From: Thermoplasmatota archaeon
GTDB taxonomy: Archaea > Thermoplasmatota > E2 > DHVEG-1
Direction of reading: 5' to 3'
DNA: 64,000 nucleotides
NCBI GenBank assembly: GCA_041550515.1
Contig: JBFEOQ010000004.1
Span: 1,190 to 65,189 of the forward strand
The position numbers and the translations under genes were made by a program. The notes beneath the pieces were generated by a model. It searched no databases. It was not told the DNA's origin and was given only the letters and a program-made list of their open reading frames with translations. Below are positions 56,016-64,000 of the stretch, one piece after another (position 1 is the first letter of the stretch; every line of letters begins with the position of its first letter).

Positions 56016-56900
56016 TTATATAAAAGAATTAACAATTGTATGAAAAATTATTCCAATGTTAATCATAAATATTGAAAACATTACAAGACCTAAAGATCGA
56101 CCAAGATTTACAGGTTTAAAGTTCTTTCTTATAGATATTTGACTATATAATAAAGATATCCCTCCAATTAATGAAAATATTAGAAATATGATACTATTAT
56201 CAAGAAGGAAAAACATCCAAATAATAGTGATAAATGTAGCTATTGCAAATAATAACCCAATTTTAACAAATTTTTCTCGACCAAAAAATACTGCAAAAGT
56301 TTGTGGATGAATTTTTATATCTCCTTCATAGTGTAAAATGTTTTCAGGGACATCCAATGTTAACTCCCAAAAAAATAATAAAAGAAATAATGCAAGTGGT
56401 ATGAAATTAATTGATGCAAAAGCAATCCATACAGCAACTGGTATTAAACCAGCACCTAAACCAAGTAATAAATTATTTTTATATTTAGAGGAGTAAATGG
56501 CTATAAGAACTATGCATATTATTTGTATCAAAGAACTGACAATGTTATAAAAACTAAACCACCATAAGAAGATTCCAAGTAAAATAAATATAAGTGAAAT
56601 AATTAATGCTATATTTTTTTTTATTCTTCCCGAAGGAAGTGGACGTTTTGGATTAACAATTTCATCTTCTTTTAAACCTACTATATCATTAAATACATAA
56701 ATGCCTACTATTGATGCCCAATAAGCAAAAGCCCATATTAATGTTTTAATTTGGAAAAATTCATCTAATGAACCATTTACCCAAAATATAGCTAACATAC
56801 CGGGAGTTAATCCTATAAAAAAGCATGCAAGCCACCAACCTGGTCGTAATACTTCGATATATGCTATGTTTTTGGTTTTGTTTTTTATCATTTTCATCAT
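56016..56900 (-). CDS. UbiA-family prenyltransferase (polytopic membrane protein)
   Basis: 294 aa and multi-TM. The first motif is NDIVGLKEDEI (the second Asp of NDxxDxxxD is replaced by Gly). The second acidic motif is LDVPENILHYEGD. Confidence 0.75.
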   Translation of the reverse strand: MMKMIKNKTKNIAYIEVLRPGWWLACFFIGLTPGMLAIFWVNGSLDEFFQIKTLIWAFAYWASIVGIYVFNDIVGLKEDEIVNPKRPLPSGRIKKNIALIISLIFILLGIFLWWFSFYNIVSSLIQIICIVLIAIYSSKYKNNLLLGLGAGLIPVAVWIAFASINFIPLALFLLLFFWELTLDVPENILHYEGDIKIHPQTFAVFFGREKFVKIGLLFAIATFITIIWMFFLLDNSIIFLIFSLIGGISLLYSQISIRKNFKPVNLGRSLGLVMFSIFMINIGIIFHTIVNSFI

Positions 56901-56994
56901 TTTATTACTTATTTAATTTCATAATATTGAGAATATTTTAAGACATAACAAAAAATATTAATAAATTTACGATTTTTTAAAATACAGAAGATGT

Positions 56995-57969
56995 CTATGG
57001 AATAGATAAAAAACCTGCATTGTATAAGAGTACTAAGCTTTGTCCAAATGTAACTAAAAGTGAAAAAGATAAGATTGCATAATATCCTCCAGTAAAATCT
57101 TGTTTTCTTAAAAAGTACCAATAAGAAAAAATTTCAGCAATAATTATTGGCCAGACGAAAAATAAGAAACTAGTGGTAATGATATAATTTAGTATACCCA
57201 TTAATACAATTATTGAGTTTGATATAATTACACAAGCCAATCCTAAATAAAAAACTTTTTTTTTCTCAAGAAATGTTGCTATTGTTCTTAATCCTTCTTT
57301 GATATCAGGTTCGTAGTCTATAATCGTTGTTGGAATGTATATTGCACCAACACCAAAAAAACCTAACAATCCCCATAAAATAGGAAATTCAGTTATTGGT
57401 TTTACTAAAATCCAACCTGCTAATGAACAAATCACACCACTGCCAAAGGCATTTGTAATAAAATCTAAACCAGGTCTCTCTTTAAATCTCATTGGTGGTG
57501 AAGAATATGAAATAGAAAGAATTATACAAATAGTAATAAGTATAACGAACCATAAAGAAATAAATAAAGCAGATAAGAATGCTAGGAAAAAGAGAAATAT
57601 TGATACAAATAAAACAGATTTTGGCTTTATTATACCTCCTATCAAAGGAAGATATTTTTTCCTCCTGCTATCAAAATCAGTATATCTGTCAAAATAATCA
57701 TTAAAAAGAATTGTTGCACCGCCTAAAAGAGGACCTATTGATATTATTCCAATTATAAACAAAAAAAACTCTTGATAAATATTATATACAGGGGAAGGAT
57801 CAGTGAGTAAAAAAACCTTTGCTATATATGTAGGATAAATCTTGTTAGATGCAAGTGACCAACCCATGTAAAATGGTAGAATTGAAACCCCCCAAAACAG
57901 AGGAGCCATTTGTTTTAAAAAATGTCGAATTATTAGAAATGGTGCAAGTATTGAATCATTATTATTCAT
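56995..57969 (-). CDS. UbiA-family prenyltransferase (polytopic membrane protein)
   Basis: 324 aa and multi-TM, with a canonical NDYFDRYTD first motif and DYEPD second motif. Confidence 0.75.
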   Translation of the reverse strand: MNNNDSILAPFLIIRHFLKQMAPLFWGVSILPFYMGWSLASNKIYPTYIAKVFLLTDPSPVYNIYQEFFLFIIGIISIGPLLGGATILFNDYFDRYTDFDSRRKKYLPLIGGIIKPKSVLFVSIFLFFLAFLSALFISLWFVILITICIILSISYSSPPMRFKERPGLDFITNAFGSGVICSLAGWILVKPITEFPILWGLLGFFGVGAIYIPTTIIDYEPDIKEGLRTIATFLEKKKVFYLGLACVIISNSIIVLMGILNYIITTSFLFFVWPIIIAEIFSYWYFLRKQDFTGGYYAILSFSLLVTFGQSLVLLYNAGFLSIP

Positions 57970-57992
57970 AATTCATCAAACTCTATCATTAT

Positions 57993-59294
57993 TTATAGAG
58001 ACTTGGCAGCAATATCAATTACATCCATTACTTTCATTTTGAAATCCTGCTCCATTTCTTTCATTTGTTCCTTTTTTATCTTAATAGCATTTCCTATCGA
58101 ACCTTTACAATTTGGACACGCAGATACAATAGTTTTTGCCCCTAAATCATAAGCTTCATTGATTTTCCTAATTGTAATATCTGTTGTTAAATCATAATTA
58201 ACAGCTTTTAAACCTCCACCACCACCGCAGCAGATACTATCCATACGATTATTAGGGAATTCAAGAATTTCATTAATACCAGGGATATTTTTTAATATAT
58301 AACGAGGAGCATCAAAAATACCCCTACCTTCATATTCAGATATTCTTCCTAATTCACAAGGATCATGATAAATAATTGGAAGATTTTTCTCATTAAATTC
58401 TTTTGTAAATTTTAATTTTCCATCTTCAATTGCTTTTGCAATCAATTCAGTTATATGTAAAAGTTCAAATTTGAAATTAGCGAATTTTTTATATTTTTTA
58501 ATAGCCCTATAACATCCAGGACACCCCGTTATTACCTTTGTTGCACCTCTTTTTTTAATTTGTTTTAAGTTATATTCTGCAATATCTTTAAAATTACTCC
58601 ATTGCCCTGACATAGTATTAATAGCACCACAACACATCTCATCTGTTCCTAATGTAGTAAAATCTATTTTGGCACTTGTAAGAATTTTTAAAGCATTCAA
58701 TAATGTTTGATACTCATGATAAGATGTCACACAACCAACAAAATATACAATATCTGCTTTTTTAGGGAGTTTATACTCATCACGATACCATTCATCTCTT
58801 TTTGATAAAGGTTCCATAAATGGATTCTTAAATTCTTTATTGGCAATGTTATTATACATATCAATTGTATTTTTTGGGGGTATAATTTTATTTTCAACCA
58901 TCCATTCTCTGATTTCTTCCCAATATTTATGAAAATCAATGTCAACATGACAAATTGTTTCACATCGGCTACAAAGTGTACATGTATATATTTTTGTCAT
59001 CGCTTCTTCAAGAGATATTTGTCCTCTACTGGTAAGGAAATCCGTTATCTTTTTTCCTAGTATCTTATCCAAAAAACTATCCTTAGCAATAAGATGCTTC
59101 AAAAGATATACTTTCCCTCTTGGAGTTAGAGATTCCCATCCTGTCTCTCTATATACAGGACAAACAGATTTACAATAACCACATTGCAAACAAGCGTATA
59201 CATCATCTAAATGAGGAGGCTTGTTTCGTACAAGGTTTTTCTTATCTATGCTTTTTGATTTTTTCTTTTCATCTTTTTTATTTCTTTTTCTCAT
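57993..59294 (-). CDS. Fe-S oxidoreductase, GlcF / HdrD-like (2x[4Fe-4S] plus two CCG domains), paralog 2
   Basis: 433 aa with CLQCGYCKSVCP and CTLCSRCETICH, and CCG motifs EMCCGAIN and SICCGGGGGLK. Confidence 0.85.
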   Translation of the reverse strand: MRKRNKKDEKKKSKSIDKKNLVRNKPPHLDDVYACLQCGYCKSVCPVYRETGWESLTPRGKVYLLKHLIAKDSFLDKILGKKITDFLTSRGQISLEEAMTKIYTCTLCSRCETICHVDIDFHKYWEEIREWMVENKIIPPKNTIDMYNNIANKEFKNPFMEPLSKRDEWYRDEYKLPKKADIVYFVGCVTSYHEYQTLLNALKILTSAKIDFTTLGTDEMCCGAINTMSGQWSNFKDIAEYNLKQIKKRGATKVITGCPGCYRAIKKYKKFANFKFELLHITELIAKAIEDGKLKFTKEFNEKNLPIIYHDPCELGRISEYEGRGIFDAPRYILKNIPGINEILEFPNNRMDSICCGGGGGLKAVNYDLTTDITIRKINEAYDLGAKTIVSACPNCKGSIGNAIKIKKEQMKEMEQDFKMKVMDVIDIAAKSL

Positions 59295-60846
59295 ATTTAT
59301 TTATCCTAATCTTATCCGCCGGCATTATTTGTTTTAATATAGCTAAAAAATTTAAGCCAAAATTCATAACAAAACCTGGAATAGGGATTCCAAAACGTGT
59401 TGAACTCTCTATTAGTTTTCCGGGATTCATTATATAATGAGGATCTATAGTGGATTTGATATCATCCATGACTAGAACGCCTTTACCATGTATTTTTTTT
59501 AGATTTCCACTAAAAAGAAGACCAAAACCACCAGGTCTTCCACCAACTTTGAATACTTCATCTGTTAATTTTTTTATTAATGCCATAGATGCCATATTTT
59601 TTATAAGTTTTTGTTCATTTGAAAGAGCATATGTCATAAATAACGCTGTATTTGGATCTGATATATAACCCACCACTGCTCCTTTCATCTTTAACTTTTT
59701 TAATATCTCTTTTGATCTTTTAGTCATGATAGTAAATTTTGATAAAGGACAGAATCCTTCTCCTACTATTAATCCTGGTCCAAGACGACGTGCTCTTGAT
59801 TCGAAAAATCGCTCATCCCATTCATGTTTTGCAAATTCTTTAGTTTCTTTTTTGCCACCATTTTTTATCATTATATCTTCTGCTTTTTGTTCCTCAAGAT
59901 CAATAATATTGCTATCTCCGCTAAAGATAATATTGACTACAGCTCCAATCTTTTGAGATTTTCTATCAAGCTTTTGTAATATATCATAGTGTGCGCCATC
60001 AGTAAATGCTATGTGATAAGGATTTATGTTTGATCGTGTTAGTTTATATATTGCTTTACTAGCGTCTTCTAGATTTGAAAAAACATATGATGTAGGTCGT
60101 ATTTCTAAAGGTGCAGGTAAAACTTTTAAAGTTACTTTTGTAATAATTCCCAATGTTCCTTCAGAGCCTACAAATAAATCTATTAGATTATAACCCGATG
60201 AATTATTTACTATTTTTTTATTACCTGTGTTAATAATACTTCCATCTGGTAAAACTACTTCTATTGACCGAATCAGTTTATCAATTCCGCCATATTTATA
60301 TGATCCAATTCCAACACCTCCAGTATTTATCCAACCACCAATAGTTGCTCCGGGGGCACTACTTGGATAAGCTCCAATAAGAAGGTTTTTACTTAATAGG
60401 GTGTCATAAAGATGTTTCCAATTCACTCCGGGTTCAACTGTTACATATAAGTTATCTTCATTTATCTCCAAAATCTCTTGCATACTACCCATATCTAAAA
60501 TAATGCCACCAAAAGCAGGAACTACTCCCCCAAATGCCCATGAAGAACCTCCTCTTGGTATAATCGGAACATTATTTTTAACAGCATATTTCATTATTTT
60601 TGACACATCTTCGACATTACGTGGCTTAACTACTATATCTGGAATTGTTTTAAATACAAGAGACATTTCTTTAGGTAATGGAGCTAAATCATGGCTGTAT
60701 AAGAGCCGATCAATGTTACTTTCACTGATATTACCCTCTCCGACTATATCTGCTAACTTTTTATAAATCTCTGAATTTGTAAATTGTTTTTTTGGAAAAT
60801 CGGAGTCATTATTCGTTTCATTTATTTTTTCACTCAATTCTATCAC
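59278..60846 (-). CDS. FAD-linked oxidase, GlcD family, paralog 2
   Basis: 522 aa with PRGGSSWAFGGVV and the C-terminal DPHYIMNPGK. It has a 17-nt overlap with the downstream HdrD-like gene. Confidence 0.85.
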   Translation of the reverse strand: MIELSEKINETNNDSDFPKKQFTNSEIYKKLADIVGEGNISESNIDRLLYSHDLAPLPKEMSLVFKTIPDIVVKPRNVEDVSKIMKYAVKNNVPIIPRGGSSWAFGGVVPAFGGIILDMGSMQEILEINEDNLYVTVEPGVNWKHLYDTLLSKNLLIGAYPSSAPGATIGGWINTGGVGIGSYKYGGIDKLIRSIEVVLPDGSIINTGNKKIVNNSSGYNLIDLFVGSEGTLGIITKVTLKVLPAPLEIRPTSYVFSNLEDASKAIYKLTRSNINPYHIAFTDGAHYDILQKLDRKSQKIGAVVNIIFSGDSNIIDLEEQKAEDIMIKNGGKKETKEFAKHEWDERFFESRARRLGPGLIVGEGFCPLSKFTIMTKRSKEILKKLKMKGAVVGYISDPNTALFMTYALSNEQKLIKNMASMALIKKLTDEVFKVGGRPGGFGLLFSGNLKKIHGKGVLVMDDIKSTIDPHYIMNPGKLIESSTRFGIPIPGFVMNFGLNFLAILKQIMPADKIRINKYEKKK

Positions 60847-60996
60847 CTTGCGAAATTAGAAAAACTCCTTTCAATATTAACTTTTTCATATTTAATATAT
60901 AATATTTAAAATTACAGGTAATTTATGTCTAATTTTGTAATAATTAAAATATTTAAAAAAATTGGACATTTTGAATTTTTTCCCAAATTAATCGCA

Positions 60997-61431
60997 TTAT
61001 TTATTGATTAAAGCTTTTTTCTCTTCAATTTCTTTCTTCATCCATTTCTCAAAATCTGGCCCAATTTTCATCAATTTATTTAACTCTGCATCTAAATTGT
61101 CAGAAGAAATTTTTAATATCCAACCTTCACCATATGGATCAGTATTACAAAGCGTAGGGTCATCTTCAACATCTTCATTAATCTCAGAAATCTCTCCACT
61201 TACTGGAGCATATAGTTTACCAGTCCATTTTCCACTACTCATTGTTCCAAATGGTTTATCCTGACTTACTTCATCGTCTTCTTCAAGTGTTACAATACGT
61301 TTAATTGTTCCAGCCAATTTTTGCGTAAAATCAGTTATACCAATTTTTACCTGGTCATCTTCAACTCGAGCCCACATATGCTCTTTGTGATAGTATAATC
61401 CTTCGGGAAATTCATATTCGTCTATTTTCAT
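60997..61431 (-). CDS. GcvH-like lipoyl carrier protein, divergent lipoylation motif
   Basis: 144 aa with HMW, IGITDFTQKLAG, GTMSSGKWTGKLYAPVSGEI and DPYGEGW. The lysine is aligned with the canonical ESVK lysine. Confidence 0.75.
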   Translation of the reverse strand: MKIDEYEFPEGLYYHKEHMWARVEDDQVKIGITDFTQKLAGTIKRIVTLEEDDEVSQDKPFGTMSSGKWTGKLYAPVSGEISEINEDVEDDPTLCNTDPYGEGWILKISSDNLDAELNKLMKIGPDFEKWMKKEIEEKKALINK

Positions 61432-61669
61432 ATAAAATTCTCCAATATAATGGTAATATAAAAAGTTAGTAATATATACTTTTCGTTAAAATATTTTATA
61501 AAGCAATATAGATAAAAATTATTATAATTTTTTAAAAACTTTGGAAACTTTTAAATCTTTGATATATATTAATTTTAAAAAATGAAATGTTTAAATTTAT
61601 CATTTTCGTATCCAAATAAAAAAAAAAACATTAATTTATTTAATAAAAACTAAAGGCTGGATGTAGTAT

Positions 61670-63139
61670 ATGGATCTTTTATACTCTACAATTGTATTAT
61701 TGATTTTATCAATAATTTGGGCGGTAATAATTTTTCTAGTATTTAGGAGAATGATTGGAAAACAAACAAAAAAAGATAAAATAATGCTTTTTGGTGGTTT
61801 TCTTATTTTTGTGGGTTTAGCCGCTATTGTAATAGCAGGAACGATTACATTTGAGTATATTGAAAGTCCTAAATTTTGTGGAACATCTTGTCATGTTATG
61901 GAGCCTTTTTATAATTCTTTTAAGTTTCCAGGCAATAACCAAATGATGGATATTCATTTAAATGAAAAAATAAGTTGTTCCAACTGTCATAATAACCCTG
62001 GTATTGTTGGAACTATTGAAGGTTTTTTATCTGCTATTCCAGAGGCATATATATATTTTACAAATACTTATGATATTAATGATTTACACGGAGATATTTC
62101 ACGTGAAGCTTGTCTAAAATGTCATGAGGAAGGTATTGCTAAATTACCTGGAGAGATTAATGCATTAGATGATATTGTTGTTAATCCTCATGATGATGAA
62201 ACTAAGTGTGATGCATGTCACGATCCTCATGAAAATGGATTTGGTCTAACTCAATATGCTTGTCCTATTTGTCATGGAATTTATTTAGATAATTTTGAAA
62301 TTCGATTATTAAATCATTCTGAAAGAGTTAAATTAAATTGTGCGGATTGTCATAATAGAAAACATCCAGATAATGCAAAAATCTTTTTCTCTGAATATCC
62401 CTCACTTATAAATACTGATTTTTGCTCAGATTGTCACGTTGAAGAAATTGAAAGTCTTAATAGAGGAGTGCATAAATCAATTAGTTGTATTATCTGTCAT
62501 AATGAACATAAATCTTTGAGTATAAATTTTGATAAATGTAATGAACCTTGTCATAATCCACCTTCGGATCATAATAAGTTTACTTCAAATTGTATTATAT
62601 GTCATGATACTACAAGAATACATTCTATATCTACTTCTAGTGTTGAACACGATGTAACTTTCTCTGATATTGTATGTTCAACATGCCACAAATTGGAAAA
62701 TTCTGCATATGAATATAGTTTTACTCCCTCTTCTTTAGAAATTTATGGAGATAATGGATGTATTGACTGTCATCCGAATCATAATACTACATTTTATCCT
62801 CATATTATAATATCTCCATTCAATAATTGTAGCAGTTGCCATCCAACCTATAATACATCAGTTACAATACATGATCGTACAGCAACAAAATATCTTGGAT
62901 TTTTAAATATTACAAGCGATTTCTGTTCAGATTGCCATGAGAGTGAAGTTAAAAAATTTAATTTAGGGATACATTACGAATATGAATGTATTGACTGTCA
63001 TGAAGAACACTTAATCGTGAAGATAAATTTTGATAGCTGTAATAATCCTATATGTCATATTACTCCTTCCTATCATAACAATTATCTGAGAAATTGTTTA
63101 GATCCAATTTGTCATACTGATATTTCAAGTATTCATTAG
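61670..63139 (+). CDS. membrane-anchored multihaem cytochrome c
   Basis: 489 aa with two N-terminal hydrophobic helices. I count 13 canonical CxxCH motifs plus CGTSCH and CNEPCH (CX3CH) and CNNPICH and CLDPICH (CX4CH). Confidence 0.85.
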   Translation: MDLLYSTIVLLILSIIWAVIIFLVFRRMIGKQTKKDKIMLFGGFLIFVGLAAIVIAGTITFEYIESPKFCGTSCHVMEPFYNSFKFPGNNQMMDIHLNEKISCSNCHNNPGIVGTIEGFLSAIPEAYIYFTNTYDINDLHGDISREACLKCHEEGIAKLPGEINALDDIVVNPHDDETKCDACHDPHENGFGLTQYACPICHGIYLDNFEIRLLNHSERVKLNCADCHNRKHPDNAKIFFSEYPSLINTDFCSDCHVEEIESLNRGVHKSISCIICHNEHKSLSINFDKCNEPCHNPPSDHNKFTSNCIICHDTTRIHSISTSSVEHDVTFSDIVCSTCHKLENSAYEYSFTPSSLEIYGDNGCIDCHPNHNTTFYPHIIISPFNNCSSCHPTYNTSVTIHDRTATKYLGFLNITSDFCSDCHESEVKKFNLGIHYEYECIDCHEEHLIVKINFDSCNNPICHITPSYHNNYLRNCLDPICHTDISSIH

Positions 63140-63308
63140 TAAAAAATTACTTAAAAAGAGGAGTATAAAATTTGAAAAATAAAATATTATACAAAGAAAT
63201 AAACATTAGAAAACCAGTTGATAAAAAATTAAAATTTTTAAAGAAATTTTCAGGTATATTTAATATAGGTTGATATATTTCTTTTTAAAAATAGAATAGA
63301 AATGATAG

Positions 63309-64000
63309 ATGGCTATGGAAAAAGATATGAAATCAAAAAATAAGGAATTGAGAAAAAATTCAGAAAAAAATAATCTCTCAAAAAATGTAGATAATAATGA
63401 TATTAATAATAAACTAAAAAAAATTATACAATCGTATAATAAAATTCAAATTTATCATCCAATCACAGTTGTTGAAATATGGGCTTTTACAATAGTTCTA
63501 GGAGTCATGGTAATTTCAGGACTGCTGCTAATTAGAGATTGGCTTTTTTTAAATTTTGGAGTTTATGGTAGGGTATTTATTCCAACTCCAAAAATTACAT
63601 TAAATATACATATATGGTTTGGTTTTTTATTGATAATTTTGGGATTTTTTCATTTAGTTATTCATCTTTTATCAAAAAATAAAAAGGATATTTTACCAAA
63701 ACGAACATCTAATGATTTTAAGTCTTTTTTACACTCGGGCATGTATTTAATTGGACTTGCTCGACGTGAGACTTATGAGAAATCTATTAAATTCAATGGA
63801 AGACAACGAATTGTATATACTGCCCAGGTTTATATTATTGGTTTAACTATTATAACTGGATTTATTTTTTATATAAATTACATTTCAGATGACTTAGCAC
63901 TTGTTCATGTTATTCCAGCTGGTTTTACTATAATGGTTCTCTTATTTCATGTTTTAATTACAATTAGAAATCATGATTCAATTGCTTTAAAAGCTGCTTT
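63309..64000 (+). CDS. b-type cytochrome membrane subunit (FdnI / Ni-Fe hydrogenase cytochrome b family-like), 3' end beyond the window
   Basis: I translated the frame by hand from ATG 63309 to the window end without a stop (absent from the ORF track). After a Lys/Asn-rich N-terminus there are at least 4 hydrophobic helices with His in or near them (YHPITVVEIW, NIHIWFGFLLIILGFFHLVIH, VHVIPAGFTIMVLLFH). Confidence 0.6.
   Translation, partial: MAMEKDMKSKNKELRKNSEKNNLSKNVDNNDINNKLKKIIQSYNKIQIYHPITVVEIWAFTIVLGVMVISGLLLIRDWLFLNFGVYGRVFIPTPKITLNIHIWFGFLLIILGFFHLVIHLLSKNKKDILPKRTSNDFKSFLHSGMYLIGLARRETYEKSIKFNGRQRIVYTAQVYIIGLTIITGFIFYINYISDDLALVHVIPAGFTIMVLLFHVLITIRNHDSIALKAA

Noticed and set aside
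56909-57121. 70-aa ORF between and overlapping the two ubiA-like genes.
   Set aside because: It overlaps the 3' end of the 56995-57969 gene out of frame. The sequence is Phe/Ile/Tyr-rich and low-complexity with no motif. It is probably spurious.
1232-57697. Many ORFs in the track lie antisense to, or out of frame within, well-supported genes. Examples are 1232-1504, 1694-2050, 2675-2917, 3300-3710, 5530-5970, 7030-7389, 8696-9079, 8865-9254, 14635-15090, 15478-15744, 36122-36631, 37052-37480, 41295-41705, 49314-49766, 52019-52336, 57335-57697 and 59450-59956.
   Set aside because: Each is fully embedded in a gene with strong family motifs on the other strand or frame. Their translations are low-complexity (Ile/Phe/Ser/Leu-rich) mirror images with no recognisable motifs. 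I treat them as shadow ORFs.
50522-61431. Direct annotation of the lipoate/Hdr-like cluster as a sulfur-oxidising sHdr system.
   Set aside because: No dsrE, tusA, rhodanese or hdrC1B1A-hyp-hdrC2B2 arrangement is present in the window. The CCG-domain partners are GlcD/GlcF-type. Only the lipoate-assembly gene set resembles the sHdr-associated one, so I report it as a hypothesis, not an annotation.
63172-63273. 33-codon TTG-initiated, Lys-rich frame between the multihaem cytochrome and cytochrome b genes, preceded by AGAGGAG.
   Set aside because: It has a non-ATG start, a highly basic low-complexity sequence and no motif. I cannot support it as a gene. It may simply be the spacer or leader of the cytochrome b gene.
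1-64000. Search by eye for CRISPR arrays, tRNA/rRNA genes and mobile elements (transposase, integrase, terminal inverted repeats).
   Set aside because: I saw no regularly spaced direct repeats, no GC-rich structured segments in the intergenic regions of this AT-rich sequence, and no ORF with transposase or integrase motifs. A tRNAscan or Rfam scan would be needed to be definitive.

Overview
This 64-kb window is visibly AT-rich (about one-third G+C by eye, not computed) and densely coding. I call about 62 protein genes. I recognised no rRNA, tRNA, CRISPR array, transposase or integrase. Gene content looks archaeal: pantoate kinase next to CoaBC, an Hjc-like resolvase, four-subunit 2-oxoacid:ferredoxin oxidoreductases, and MvhAGD/HdrABC. 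No methanogenesis marker is present, so a non-methanogenic anaerobic low-GC archaeon (for example Asgard/Lokiarchaeia-like) is only a guess.

Layout:
- 1-17.7 kb holds housekeeping and accessory genes: CBS-domain proteins, Usp, CoA biosynthesis, CorA, a POR-type OFOR, a large secreted C25-like peptidase, radical SAM, nitroreductase, SucCD and a dual-HTH regulator.
- 17.9-43.2 kb is one uninterrupted same-strand block of 22 redox genes. In order these are soluble Frd/Sdh-like AB, KorDABG, a tandem-fused HdrA-HdrA, HdrC, HdrB, MvhG, MvhA, a maturation protease, two MvhD, a Flx/sulfhydrogenase-like NAD(P)H module, a second HdrA, an HdrA carrying a nested GltD-like module, a rubrerythrin-like protein and a GlcD/GlcF(HdrD-like) pair.
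- 43.4-50.5 kb holds a G3P-dehydrogenase-like three-gene module, LarA and a two-subunit class I fumarase.
- 50.5-61.4 kb is a lipoate-centred cluster: two GcvH-like lipoyl carrier proteins, two LplA-type ligases (one fused to DUF116), a radical-SAM protein and a geranylgeranyl-reductase-like flavoprotein. These are interleaved with a second GlcD/HdrD-like pair and two UbiA prenyltransferases.
- 61.7-64.0 kb encodes a membrane-anchored multihaem cytochrome c and a b-type cytochrome that runs off the window edge.

The most interesting signals:
- The lipoyl-carrier plus dedicated lipoylation machinery sits next to CCG-domain (Hdr-like) proteins, with no glycine-cleavage or 2-oxoacid dehydrogenase genes in the window.
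- The HdrA architectures are unusual: a covalent HdrA-HdrA fusion, and an HdrA with a nested GltD-like module.
- Blocks of near-identical nucleotide sequence between the two downstream hdrA paralogs and between the mvhD paralogs suggest gene conversion.
- A multihaem cytochrome c and cytochrome b pair sits at the right edge.

All functional calls rest on motif recognition in the supplied translations. No database search was run.
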